A stretch of 63,322 nt of DNA, filler included, from Octopus bimaculoides (Eukaryota), in the NCBI RefSeq assembly GCF_001194135.2. It is 4 parts of 4 records of this genome, joined end to end, with 100 filler letters (N's around TTAATTAATTAA, not from the genome) between each part and the next. Parts side by side here need not be neighbours in the genome. Positions count along the whole stretch, not along the records: positions 24,968 to 45,226 come from NC_068981.1; 3 more parts are not named here. One strand, written 5' to 3'. Of the stretch, positions 26,491-40,184 are shown in pieces. Every line of letters starts with the position of its first letter. Within the stretch, counting starts at the first letter, position 1. Both the position numbers and the translations under genes were made by a program. A model generated the notes under the pieces. It saw only the letters and a program-made list of their open reading frames with translations. It made no database searches and was not told the origin of the DNA.

Positions 26491-26855
26491 TTCTGCAGAT
26501 ATAGCTGCATATGAAGAATCAATATACTATATTATATGATATTATTTTCTTCATATTTCCTGTTTAAAGAAGTGGGAGTTATCAGATGAAATAATAGCGA
26601 AAAATTATTTTGATTGCGAAAGGAAGTACACTTAGCATATATACACAAACACGCGCGCGCACAAACACACAAACACATACGCACACACACGCACACACAC
26701 ACACACATATTAACATACACACATACACTCATCACGCACACAAGCACACGCAGACACACACACAAGCACACACACTTGCATATATGTGCACACTATATAT
26801 ATAATCTTTATGAGTGCGTATGTATATATATATATACATACACGCATGTGTATAT

Positions 26856-26906
<51 letters not shown>

Positions 26907-27690
26907 NNNNNNNNNNNNNNNNNNNNNNNNNNNNNNNNNNNNNNNNNNNNNNNNNNNNNNNNNNNNNNNNNNNNNNNNNNNNNNNNNNNNNNNNNNNNNN
27001 NNNNNNNNNNNNNNNNNNNNNNNNNNNNNNNNNNNNNNNNNNNNNNNNNNNNNNNNNNNNNNNNNNNNNNNNNNNNNNNNNNNNNNNNNNNNNNNNNNNN
27101 NNNNNNNNNNNNNNNNNNNNNNNNNNNNNNNNNNNNNNNNNNNNNNNNNNNNNNNNNNNNNNNNNNNNNNNNNNNNNNNNNNNNNNNNNNNNNNNNNNNN
27201 NNNNNNNNNNNNNNNNNNNNNNNNNNNNNNNNNNNNNNNNNNNNNNNNNNNNNNNNNNNNNNNNNNNNNNNNNNNNNNNNNNNNNNNNNNNNNNNNNNNN
27301 NNNNNNNNNNNNNNNNNNNNNNNNNNNNNNNNNNNNNNNNNNNNNNNNNNNNNNNNNNNNNNNNNNNNNNNNNNNNNNNNNNNNNNNNNNNNNNNNNNNN
27401 NNNNNNNNNNNNNNNNNNNNNNNNNNNNNNNNNNNNNNNNNNNNNNNNNNNNNNNNNNNNNNNNNNNNNNNNNNNNNNNNNNNNNNNNNNNNNNNNNNNN
27501 NNNNNNNNNNNNNNNNNNNNNNNNNNNNNNNNNNNNNNNNNNNNNNNNNNNNNNNNNNNNNNNNNNNNNNNNNNNNNNNNNNNNNNNNNNNNNNNNNNNN
27601 NNNNNNNNNNNNNNNNNNNNNNNNNNNNNNNNNNNNNNNNNNNNNNNNNNNNNNNNNNNNNNNNNNNNNNNNNNNNNNNNNNNNNNNNNN

Positions 27691-27726
<36 letters not shown>

Positions 27727-27871
27727 GGTATAGGCATATAATATGTGTTGATGACGTAGAAAATTATTTTAGGACTTACATATATCAACTCATATATATT
27801 ATACATCGACTTACAATACATTGACTTACTTAAGTATATTATCAACACATGATCTGTTCGCTATTTATAAG

Positions 27872-27949
27872 AGAGTCTTCTACTATAGACTCAGGCCGAC
27901 CAAAGCCTTGTGAGTGTATTTGTTAGATGGAAACTGAAAGAAGCCAGTC
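27872..27949 (+). mobile_element. SINE family A fragment
   Basis: gtcttctactatagactcaggccgaccaaagccttgtgagtg...ggaaactgaaagaagcc. Confidence 0.8.
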
Positions 27950-28713
27950 AAATATATATATGTGCACACACACAAACACGCACACATATATATTTACACA
28001 TGTGCGAGCGTGTTTGTATGAATATATTCATATACATATAAACATTGGTGAATATATATGCTTATATATTTATATATGTGTGTATATTATATGTAAACAT
28101 GTGTATAGACAAATATATAAACAGGCGTGGAGATACGACTATGCATTCCCACCTGTATATATACATGTGGTTACATGCATATTCGTGTGAATATATATGA
28201 GTGTATGCATGTGTCTACATATTTGTTGATATATATATATATATATATANNNNNNNNNNNNNNNNNNNNNNNNNNNNNNNNNNNNNNNNNNNNNNNNNNN
28301 NNNNNNNNNNNNNNNNNNNNNNNNNNNNNNNNNNNNNNNNNNNNNNNNNNNNNNNNNNNNNNNNNNNNNNNNNNNNNNNNNNNNNNNNNNNNNNNNNNNN
28401 NNNNNNNNNNNTATATATTCTTCCGTTTCTATAATATTTTCTTCCTTTAGTTTACGTATTCCTGTAAGAAGATCTCATAAAAGATGTTTACAATGACTTG
28501 TCTTAGAATTTCCTTAGTTATTATTCACTTCTATTTATTAAATATATGCAATTAACATGTACCTCTGTTTTGCGAATGATTTACGTATAAATATTACATA
28601 TGAGTATGTATAATTTTCCCTTACTTTCATTTGGAGCTGTTTTGTATATAGAAGTAGATTTCGCTACAGTTTTATGTTTGTGTAAGTGTCTCTACATACA
28701 TGAAATAGTAGAC

Positions 28714-28962
28714 CAGTGGTTCTGAACAGGGGTCCACATGACTCTTGATGGTCCATATGGGATTTTTCTTTTGTTAAAATGTATGCGCAATAAATTGGTT
28801 ATACTTCTACAATATCCACAATATTTCATAATATTTTTTAATGCAATTCCTAATAACATTCAATAATTAGATTTCTTTTTAACATCGAATGGTTATGAGG
28901 GTCCATCTGAATAAAATAGGAATTATAGGGACCCATGGGCTAAATGTGGTTGAGAACCAATG
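28714..28962. mobile_element. hAT-type MITE
   Basis: TIRs CAGTGGTTCTGAAC / GGTTGAGAACCAATG. Flanking 8-mers tagtagac and cagtcgag (5/8 match) are a possible decayed TSD. Confidence 0.7.
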
Positions 28963-31215
28963 CAGTCGAGTATCAATTGAGAACTAACATGATTTAGTTT
29001 ACCTGTGAATTATGATCAACTTTTCTTAACTTCCTTCATATATACACGCGAGGGAAGATAAATGCACAATCTATTTCGTAAGGAGAAGTTACAAATTAGT
29101 TACTTTGCTTCTTCTAGCGATGATCACGTAAAAAATTAATTAATGATAAATTACATATACCATAGCAACACTGGATTTGTTATTGTATTTCTAATAACCA
29201 AGGACTTGTATTTTAGATTTATATATTTGTCAATGTACATGTCTATCATTCAAAAGTCAATACATCGAAAGAGTTGACATGTCTTAGGAGTTTTGTGAGT
29301 GAGTAGTATAGGCAGAATAGATATTTATCAAGAATATACGTATTATCCCATAATCCACGGAAAATCACGTGTCTCAATTAATCTCCGCTTCCTAAAAGTG
29401 TGCGTTGAAAGTTTACCCAACCCAAAAGTCCATTATATCGTATGTTTAAGATTGCATTTTCAAATTCTTCTGCATATTTACGAGTCTCTGGTAATTTTCA
29501 ACAATTAGATAGAATTCATCCCATAGTATGTATTAGACTGATTATCATATTATGCCCTAGTCGAATATATTATGCATTGTGAAATTTTATCAAATCTCAG
29601 ATCTGCGAATTATTGCTTTCTAAGATATTTTAGACAATTTAATCCAGCATACACTCCGCTTACAACATGTTTGATAAAGGATTTTGCTAATACAACTTTA
29701 ACATATTCAATAAAGGAGATTTTCAGTGTCTGTCTTCTACCTGAAGGGAAAATCGTGCTCAAGTGATAGCCAATGGCCTTTTAATACATAAGAATCACTT
29801 CGGTAAAACAAAGAAGTCAGACACATTGAAAATGTGAAACATAATTTAATGTAGAAGTGCGCAGAATGTTTAAGATTTCCGTCTTTAATATTACGTATAC
29901 TTGATTAAGAGTTATCTGTGCCTGTATATGTGTGCGTATATGCTTGTCTGCTTATGAATGTGTGCTTTTTACTAAATAGAATAAAGCTCGCAAGAGTTAT
30001 ACTGCGGCGAATGGTGGAGGCAACTGAAAGAAAGATGCGCATGGTCACGTGGCGTTAGCAACGTGTTTCAATGAATGAAAATTTTCCGTTTGCCGACAGT
30101 GATACCTTAAAGCATTACAAGGGGAAAAAAATGAATGAGAAGCAAAAGCAGAAGAAGGGAAGGACAATATTGGTAAAGAATAATGGTATGAAGGTAAGGA
30201 AATTAATAAAAGCAACAACAATAGCAATTACACCGTAGAAAATATAAATTAAAAACGAAAAGAATCAAGAAAAATTATAATGAGAATTAAAAGGGGAGAA
30301 AAAGACAGGAGTGAAGAAAAAAAAGCAAATAGCAAGTAAACAAGACTTCTTATAAACGAAACAAAACAAAAATCTAACCGAAACACGAGCCAACAATAAT
30401 AACAACAACAATAGCAATAAATGCAACAGAACAAAATCAGTAAATGCAGAAAACAAAAGAAAGAACTTGCTAGCTACGGAATATCATTTTTTACTATCCT
30501 GCGGCAAAACTCGTGGCTTTGCAGCATGAGATAACAGAGATGCGGGCGGGATATATGTGGTGACAATGCTGGTTGCATGTGTCCGTGCATTTGACTATGT
30601 ATGAGTGTGCGTGTGTGTGTGTCCGTGCATATGACTATGTATGTGTGTGTGTGTGTGTGTGTGTGCGTGTGTGCGTGTGTGCGTGTGTGTGCGCGTGTGT
30701 GTGTGTGCACGCGTGCGTGATTGGGTATAAGGCTTGATGCTAGCGAGACTGGTCTTTTGAAATGTATGGTGGTGGAAGGGAAATTGCTTTTGCTGGTGTT
30801 GTTTTGTCAATGGTGTCAGTGCTGGATATGATATAAAGAAAGAAAGAGAGAGGAGGAAGAAGGAGGGAATAGGAAACAGGAAAGGAAGGCGTGAAAGAAG
30901 AAGAGAAAAAACAGGAACGGTTGCAAGACAGAAACATTAATACACAGACATTTAATATTCAATTGTATACAATTTGGAACATAACATTTATTTGCACTTT
31001 AGTTCAGATAATAAAATATGAATTGAGAACAAGGGAAACAATCAGTAGTTATTGCAACTGGAAGAGAAAATCATCATGCCAAACTAAACATTTTGTTTAT
31101 ACCTCAGTCTGAATCTCAGTATATTTATTCATGGATTTTTACAAACACACATACATACAGAACGTACACACACACACACAAATACATACATACATGCATA
31201 CACACACATACATAC

Positions 31216-31254
<39 letters not shown>

Positions 31255-31306
31255 ATATATATTTATACGCATATATATATGTATATATAATATATATGTA
31301 TATATA

Positions 31307-31346
<40 letters not shown>

Positions 31347-32380
31347 TATATATATATNNNNNNNNNNNNNNNNNNNNNNNNNNNNNNNNNNNNNNNNNNN
31401 NNNNNNNNNNNNNNNNNNNNNNNNNNNNNNNNNNNNNNNNNNNNNNNNNNNNNNNNNNNNNNNNNNNNNNNNNNNNNNNNNNNNNNNNNNNNNNNNNNNN
31501 NNNNNNNNNNNNNNNNNNNNNNNNNNNNNNNNNNNNNNNNNNNNNNNNNNNNNNNNNNNNNNNNNNNNNNNNNNNNNNNNNNNNNNNNNNNNNNNNNNNN
31601 NNNNNNNNNNNNNNNNNNNNNNNNNNNNNNNNNNNNNNNNNNNNNNNNNNNNNNNNNNNNNNNNNNNNNNNNNNNNNNNNNNNNNNNNNNNNNNNNNNNN
31701 NNNNNNNNNNNNNNNNNNNNNNNNNNNNNNNNNNNNNNNNNNNNNNNNNNNNNNNNNNNNNNNNNNNNNNNNNNNNNNNNNNNNNNNNNNNNNNNNNNNN
31801 NNNNNNNNNNNNNNNNNNNNNNNNNNNNNNNNNNNNNNNNNNNNNNNNNNNNNNNNNNNNNNNNNNNNNNNNNNNNNNNNNNNNNNNNNNNNNNNNNNNN
31901 NNNNNNNNNNNNNNNNNNNNNNNNNNNNNNNNNNNNNNNNNNNNNNNNNNNNNNNNNNNNNNNNNNNNNNNNNNNNNNNNNNNNNNNNNNNNNNNNNNNN
32001 NNNNNNNNNNNNNNNNNNNNNNNNNNNNNNNNNNNNNNNNNNNNNNNNNNNNNNNNNNNNNNNNNNNNNNNNNNNNNNNNNNNNNNNNNNNNNNNNNNNN
32101 NNNNNNNNNNNNNNNNNNNNNNNNNNNNNNNNNNNNATATACATTCATACATAGACAATACAGTTTACATAAGTACATAAGGCACTGTGAAATTATGTTT
32201 TGGAAGGCAACTACAAAATGAGTTTTAAATGGCAGAAAAATAAAATACTTTTATTTTATGAATACTTTTTATTTTATATTTCAAGATTTCTGCTTTTAAA
32301 TTTTGGGACCAAGAGAAAAATTGAGGTGGATCAATAAAGGTATGTACTGAATGTTGGAAAATAGATACTGACAATAATAT

Positions 32381-32513
32381 CTTCTTTTCTACTCTAGGCA
32401 CAAGGCCTGAAATTTTTGGTGAGGGGGCCAGTCGATTAGATCGACCCCAGTACGCAACTGGTACTTAATTTGTCGACTCCGAAAGGATGAAAGACAAAGT
32501 CGACCTTGGCGGA
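32381..32513 (-). mobile_element. SINE family B, 3' two-thirds
   Basis: gtcgattagatcgaccccagtacgcaactggtac...ggatgaaagacaaagtcgacc. Confidence 0.85.
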
Positions 32514-34865
32514 CTGATAATAATATATTACCCAATTAATGTGGTACAGTTTTTTTCTTTTGTTGGTAGAATTATTTCATTTTATTGAAGACATACTAAC
32601 TAATACTAACACTTACAGCGTTCTACGTTGTGACTTTGATGGTAACTGCAATATCCTGGGTATTCATTTGACGTTGTTCGTTGTTCGCTTTTCTTTTAAG
32701 GCAAGAATTATGAATGTGTTCAACTTTTTAAGCTACAACCAACGAAAGATTCATGACACATTACGTCTATGTATTAGGTATTGTTAGCAGTTGTTTGAAT
32801 GTTGAATTGTTAGCCGTCACTTACTGAGGTGAAATGACAGATAAAATATAGGAGGGAAAGCGAGTTGGTGTTGCGAACGACAGACATAATAAGTGTCTGA
32901 CTTAGAAGGTATTTTTGTTAGTTTTTTGCGGGTGAAATAGCGGACAGCAAAAACGTATTGATTTTAATGATGTATATGTTGATTTTTGTATTCCTAATTT
33001 AAAATCCTGAAACTGAGCATCTGAGGATTTACTTTAGAATTGTTAAAACTAAAATATGGTTTCAATGGCATTATTTAATGAAAAGAAATGTCAAATTCAG
33101 GGAATTGATAGATTTTGTATTGATATAATCATGATATATTTTTAATAATTGGTTTGTTGTGAAGTTAAAGCATTGAAACTGACAGTTATACATAAAATGT
33201 TTTGGAGCTTCCAATTTATGTAGTGAAAGTAAAACTGAAGTGAAAGTTCTGTAATCATATTAAAACACTTTTCTCTACCCTTCATTACCAGTATTTTCTA
33301 GTTTGTTGTAATTAAAAATGATAAAGTTCTGATATTATTGAGTACATTTATTTATTGCAAATATACGAATGCCAAGATTCATTAATATTATTTTAGTAGT
33401 TTTTAAAAAAAAATTTGATTAGATCTTTATTTCATATAATGCCCATGAATAAAATATAAATATGACTATTGTATCTACGTAATATTACTTGATATTATTC
33501 ACAATGACAAAAGTATTCTACCGAAACTATAACATGCCATATAATAGTAAACAATCTATAACAGTTGTTCTTGTGTGCTTGGTCTTGCTAAGCATGCCAC
33601 ACACGCTATCTTACATGGAATTAATACTAAATCTCTTATTAATACTATATCTATTATACTAGTTGTTTTATTTGAATTTCGATCTTTCAAAATATTTCAT
33701 TTATTTTTTACTTATAATTTCATTCATCTATCTTAGTCCCATGAAATGTGAAAAAAAAAATCCTTCGCACATATGTAAAATCACCCGATATTTCTGAGAT
33801 AAAAATGTTCTCCCTCGTGTAATATATTGATATTACATATTCTATATGCCTGAAACTACAGAAGAGCCGGCATTTCATTGTTGTAGGTGGACAGAATACC
33901 TCGAACATCAATACGAGACTATTTGACCATCTAGTTAGAACTTTATCAATTGCAGGTTATGCAGTCTTAACGCAAGACATAAATGTTTGACAAGTGCAGG
34001 GTATTAAAATAAAAATGTCAGAGGTCGCTGCTGAAGCATCAGAGTGACTCTCATTCTACCACAATATAACCTGGGGTAACATAAAGTCAAGAAAACTGAA
34101 TTTATACAAGTATTTAGGAGATACTGAAAATTGTTGAAGTGATCTCTACAGACCTCTCAGTACCATGAAACTTGGCTCATGTTCTACCGCAAAACGTCTC
34201 ACCAGATATTTGTCCTGCTTCGTAGCTTATTGAATGTCCATATGTATATATTACTGGATGGATAATGAATATCTTAAATTAATATTTCCTTTGGTAGATC
34301 GTGATCTTCACTATGCGTTGTGTTTAAAGTCCAAAATCACGATCCTCTCTTGTCAAGGTCAAGAGTTAAACGTTTGATGTAACCATGATGATCCGATGAT
34401 TTAATGAGCTAGCTTTCATTATTTGTATAAGTTTATGAATATACAAGTGTATTGTATACATACAAATACAAACATACCTATTAATGCAAACATACACATA
34501 ATTCCTTCCATACTGGAAATAATGCCACATAAAATGTTTGTGAAACGGCCGTAATCCTCTGGACGTGATGTGATTATATAACTATATATTAACCTCTCAT
34601 ATCTCCTGATTCTATGGATATATATATGTGTGTGTATGTGTGTGTGTGCTTGTGTGTAAAGAGAAATCTCTGATCGAGAGGTATGTAGTAATAGTACCGT
34701 ACAGGAAAGTATATTTGCCAATGCAACGTAGCAGTCCAATGCAGGACGATGTTGCTACATTTTAGCCCCAGGAAAACATCTTTTCCAGCTGGATACTGCC
34801 ACATGGCCTGTGTCCGTATACTGTGAGCAAGGGGGTTTACTGCTCTCTTTCTGGCCGTAGCGATA

Positions 34866-34911
34866 CCTGTAGACTAATGGTTTCTGGGTAACCTTTCTTC
34901 ATCGATACAGG
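34866..34911 (-). ncRNA. Hammerhead ribozyme-like motif, monomer 1
   Basis: cctgta-TCGATGA-agaaaggttaccca-GAAA-ccattag-TC-tacagg. Helix I is a perfect 6 bp; the core has C3U and U4C changes. Confidence 0.55.
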
Positions 34912-35261
34912 ACAACCGCCTGCTAGAGATAACAGCCACTCGCTCTTGCTCACAATATATACTTTAAATGCGACAAAAAGTGGCCGATCTGGTAAAGAGA
35001 AAAACAACTAGCTTTAAATCTCTGGGCGAGAAATATGTAGTAATAGTACCGTACAGAAAAATCTATTTGTTAACGTAACATGACAGACCTATACATCTTT
35101 TCCAGCTGGATACTGACACATGATCTGTGTCCGTATACTGTGAGCAAGGAGGTCTACTGCTCCCTTTCTAGCCGTAGCGATACCAATGGTTTCTGGGTGA
35201 TTTCCCTTCGTCGGTACAGGACATCCACCGGTTAGAGATAGCAGTCACTCGCTCTTGCTCA

Positions 35262-35306
35262 CAGTACCGACGAAGGGTTATTACTCAGAAACCATTGGTC
35301 TACAGG
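35262..35306 (+). ncRNA. Hammerhead ribozyme-like motif, monomer 3 (best-preserved core)
   Basis: cagta-CCGACGA-a-gggt(tatt)actc-a-GAAA-cc(att)gg-TC-tacagg. Predicted cleavage after C35300. Confidence 0.65.
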
Positions 35307-35798
35307 TATCCTTACGGGTAGAAAGAGAGCAGTAGACTCCCTTGTTCACAGTATACGGACACAGATCATGTGTCGGTAGCCAGCTGGAAAAATATTGGTG
35401 GGGGCGGGCTAAAAAGTAGTAACATCGTCGGCGTAGAATTGCCACGCTGTGTTTGCAAATAGATTTTACTGTATGGTACTTTTACAACATATTTCTCGCT
35501 CAAAGACTTAAAACTAATTCTTTTTCTCTTTACGAGATCAGCTACTGTTTGTCGCTTTAAAAATATAAACTTTGAGTAAGAGTGAGTGGCTGTTATCTCT
35601 AGTCGCCTGTTGCCCTGTACCCACTAAGGGAAATTACCCAGAAACCATTGTTCTAGAGGTATCGTTACGGCTAGAAAGGGAGCAGTAGACTCCCTTGCTC
35701 ATAGTATACGGACACAGATCATGTGTCGGTATCCAGTTGGAAAAATGTTTTGGTGGGGCTAAAATGTAGTAACCTTATGCTGAGTAGGATTGCCATGT

Positions 35799-35831
<33 letters not shown>

Positions 35832-37114
35832 TTACACACACATACACACACACTCATAAACGCGCATACGCAATAGCACGTGCACACACTCACACATGTA
35901 TATGAGTATATATGAACGTATGTATGTTTTTCTTCGATATATATTTAAGATGTTTATCTTTGCAACTCAGCCAAGTCACAAGCAAAATGTCAACTGTTCT
36001 GCTTTAGTCAAGACTGTTCCTGCGATTTTGGATTACCTGTGTGCATTTGTATGTGTATGTGTCTCTTGGTATTTTATAGTGCACATGTGTGCGTATGGAG
36101 AAACTTGCAATTGTTTAGTTAGTGCGTATGTCATTTTGGTACATAGGATGCAGATCAGTGTTACTAAAACTTTTTACCGTGCACTGATTTTAACGTCTAT
36201 GTCAGGATAATACTCGTCGTAATCATAGTCTAGAATAGACACGAAAATGAAAATTTATTAGGATGCGATATTATTTTCTCAAGCAGCTTTTAATCTGCCA
36301 CAATTTTTTTCAAATCCCAATAAAATATCAAAGACTGCAGCACTGATATTAGAGGTGGTACTGCTGGTACACACTCAGTAATTCTGGACACACACAAAAA
36401 GCCCTCCGTCTGGTTGACAAATATTCACTAATTATCACACTGAAACATTTTCTCCTCTCTTTGATTATTATAACATTGTGATTAGAACTCTGTCTGCAAT
36501 ACTTGACTACGTTGTTGTATACGAAGTCCATTCGTCTCTTCAACTCTCCTCTCAGCTGTCGCATTTCAAACCCTATAACCTACACAAACTACTATCACAA
36601 ATACTCCATCCTTGAAAACTTATCACTCTGAAATAATCTCTCCATATTTCAAGAAATCTAAGGCTCACTCTTAAACAACAGCATTCTTAAGTACATTTAG
36701 AAATCAATACAATATTTCATATACAAAGACTTGATTCATTGACTTAAAGTTCAAAATTTTTACGAACGACTCTGATCGATGATTTTTATTAATTTTTTAA
36801 AAACTTTTTGGCTCATAGAATTTAAGCAGATCTTTTCTACTTTTTTTATAACTCAATTTCTTCCTTTGACAAATTCCAGTTTTTTAAAGCATTTCCAGAA
36901 TTTTTTTTTAAAAAAGAAAGAAAATATAAGGTCTTAGTTTAAATGTAATAGTGGATAATGATAAAAATCGACATGACCATCTTAACATTTCAAATAAATG
37001 ACGTGAACACATCAAATGAATGACGTCATGTCTTTTCGTGAGAACTACTAAAATATGAGAAACTGCTTCACCATATGGTATAAATATGAGTGGAGTAGCA
37101 ACAACACAATATGT

Positions 37115-37330
<216 letters not shown>

Positions 37331-37501
37331 CGAAAAGAAGAAGAATAGCAAGTAATATTTTAGAAAAAAGTACAATCAATAAGAAAATATGTGGATAGAA
37401 TGTACACACACAGACACACTCAAATATACACAACCATGCACACGCATAAATACATACACACACACATGTATAATAGATATATAGATATATGCATGTATTT
37501 A

Positions 37502-37544
<43 letters not shown>

Positions 37545-38286
37545 GTGTGTGCATGTGTGTTTGTGTATTGAAACAAAAATAAAGAATTTCAGTAAATAAA
37601 AATATAATATTAATAAAGAAAACAAAAGTGATTGTTCAAAGAAAGTGAAAAAGTAAGAAGAAATATAGAGAGAGACCAAAGAAACTATAAAACATCAAGA
37701 GACATAAAGGTGAAACTGTAACTAAGAAACAAAAAAGAGTGACAAGAGATATGAAATACAACGAAGAAGAAAGAGAGAGAGAGGAGGGAGAGAGATATAC
37801 AGAGAATATTATTTGAAAGACAAATATGAAAGGAAAATGCTGAAATGTGAAGGAATTATAGAAAGAAAATATAAATCTCGTGGAATATAAAAACGAAACA
37901 AAAGAACGAATACATTAAAAATAAAGACAAAATCAAAATAACAGGAAATAAAATAGAAATATAATAAAGATAAGAGAGTATGATATTTCCGAAGAAGAAA
38001 AAACATATGATAAGTTGATAAGAATGATAGTTTGAGATGTGATGGAAATGATAGGGTGATGGTCTTTAAGATGGTAAGAATACACGAAGGACGGTATCTA
38101 TACGTGCTGGAGTGCGTGCATGTACAAAAGCACACACACACACACACACAAGCACACACACATACACACACACGCACACAAGCACGCACACACACTTGCG
38201 GGCGCATATATAAGAGCACACGCACATATATGCATGTTTTGTGTGTATATATTTTATATGTATGTATATATACATATATTATATGT

Positions 38287-38345
<59 letters not shown>

Positions 38346-38511
38346 GGAGAGGGAGAGAAAAAGAGACAAAGTATGACAAAGAGTGAGAGATAGATAGATG
38401 CATACACATACATACATACGCACATACATATATACATACACACACAGATATATACATACATACACACACACATATATATATCTTTATACGTATATATATA
38501 TATATATATAC

Positions 38512-38544
<33 letters not shown>

Positions 38545-39829
38545 ATAACTTGATTATACGCACATTTTTCCAATAAAATACTTTAAAACATGTATATGTA
38601 TGTTTCTGTTGCAACATATAGTTACATTTCTTTCTTTGTTTCAGCTCCATGTATATGACTTACCATAGATTTTTTCTAGTGATGTGCAACTCCCAATATT
38701 TTGTGTCTAATACAAATATTTAAGTACAAGAAATAAGTAACGTAGTCAGCAGTCAATGGAGAAAATTAAGTAATACAGCAAGTTTTTAAAACTTTACCTG
38801 ATGCCCCTTCTAACGACCAGCTTTCTCGATACAACAAATCACTGTCGGGAATCGTGTTTTGCAGAAGAAAATCTTTCTATATTTTTCGGTTTATGTTATT
38901 TTGAGGTTTCGTTTCTTTTTCCTGAATTTCTTCCATATAGATATACCGCAGTTTGTTTATCTAAACGTTTATCCTTTGTTTTCACCACTTTATTTGCTGC
39001 TTTCTGTCTCGTTTTCATTTGTTAATTTCATTTTAACTCGTAACTGTTTGTCGATCGTAGAGCAAACTAAAAACGTTTCTGAAATTAGAAAAGCATGTTT
39101 TTGCTAAAATAGTATCTCTCGCTTTAGCCCTTTCAAAACAGAAAACGAATTTATTCATTCAATATTTTCTTACCGTAAACTGCGCGAAGCGATTTTACCC
39201 AACGGCTTTGAAAAAAAATCTCTTTATGCTGCTGGAAGAGGAGACAGACCATACAACTTTTCAGATTATCTTAATTTTATGACTTGTATCATAAAATATT
39301 TCTGTAAAGAGCAAGGATCAACTACTTTTCATGGAGCATACCAAGACACTATCTACAGGAGATTGTAAAAAATACTGCATAATAAAGAAATATCAATTTT
39401 ATTTTTTAATGAATAATTGACACCATAATAGGAATGATCATAAACTTTAAATACACGGTCAAGGTGTTATACAAATTATGTGTTTAAGTATATAAATTGA
39501 ATAATAACGGGTATGTTTCTTTTCCACGATTTACCTTTATCGGCCATTGCAATGTGACAGTACTAGGGCACCTCTTCAAGGATTTACTCTAACAAATTGA
39601 GGCCAGTAGTTGAGACGGATGCCAATTCTAACGTTCTCTTCCCGAACAGCTAAGTTACAAACACATCAAGCGGTGAAGTTGGGAACAAGCGCAAAAGTAA
39701 ATATACGATATACACACAAATATATTCCATTCATCATTAGTTCTTCCGAGTATGTATAGTCAACACTACACATACATACATACATACATGTATACATACA
39801 TACGTACAACAAATACACGAATACATGTG

Positions 39830-39878
<49 letters not shown>

Positions 39879-39961
39879 NNNNNNNNNNNNNNNNNNNNNN
39901 NNNNNNNNNNNNNNNNNNNNNNNNNNNNNNNNNNNNNNNNNNNNNNNNNNNNNNNNNNNNN

Positions 39962-40011
<50 letters not shown>

Positions 40012-40184
40012 ATATTCAAATACTTAAATATGCGCTCATATACACATATACAAACATATATATATATATATGTATGTGCATACACGACCGGTTTAATTGC
40101 CCGTCTAAACTCTACGTGCTATATGGTTAAAATACCACCGCAGTAAATATAATGAACAAGGTAATATATAATTTATTTTTTTCA

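Larger units (their letters stand above)
34657..35790. mobile_element. Array of four ~352-nt monomers (two on minus, then two on plus), each with a type I hammerhead-like motif: candidate non-LTR retrozyme
   Basis: Period is 352 nt (34665 to 35017) and 353 nt (35267 to 35620). Motif consensus cctgta-CCGAYGA-aggg..ccca-GAAA-ccattgg-TC-tacagg. Confidence 0.8.

Noticed and set aside
32600-32790. Hydrophobic peptide AFYVVTLMVTAISW and nearby splice-like sites
   Set aside because: It would need a ~41-nt intron or end in a stop; no coherent model.
39220-39520. Possible Tc1 transposase C-terminal remnant
   Set aside because: Only a vague motif resemblance, with no TIR or second supporting motif.
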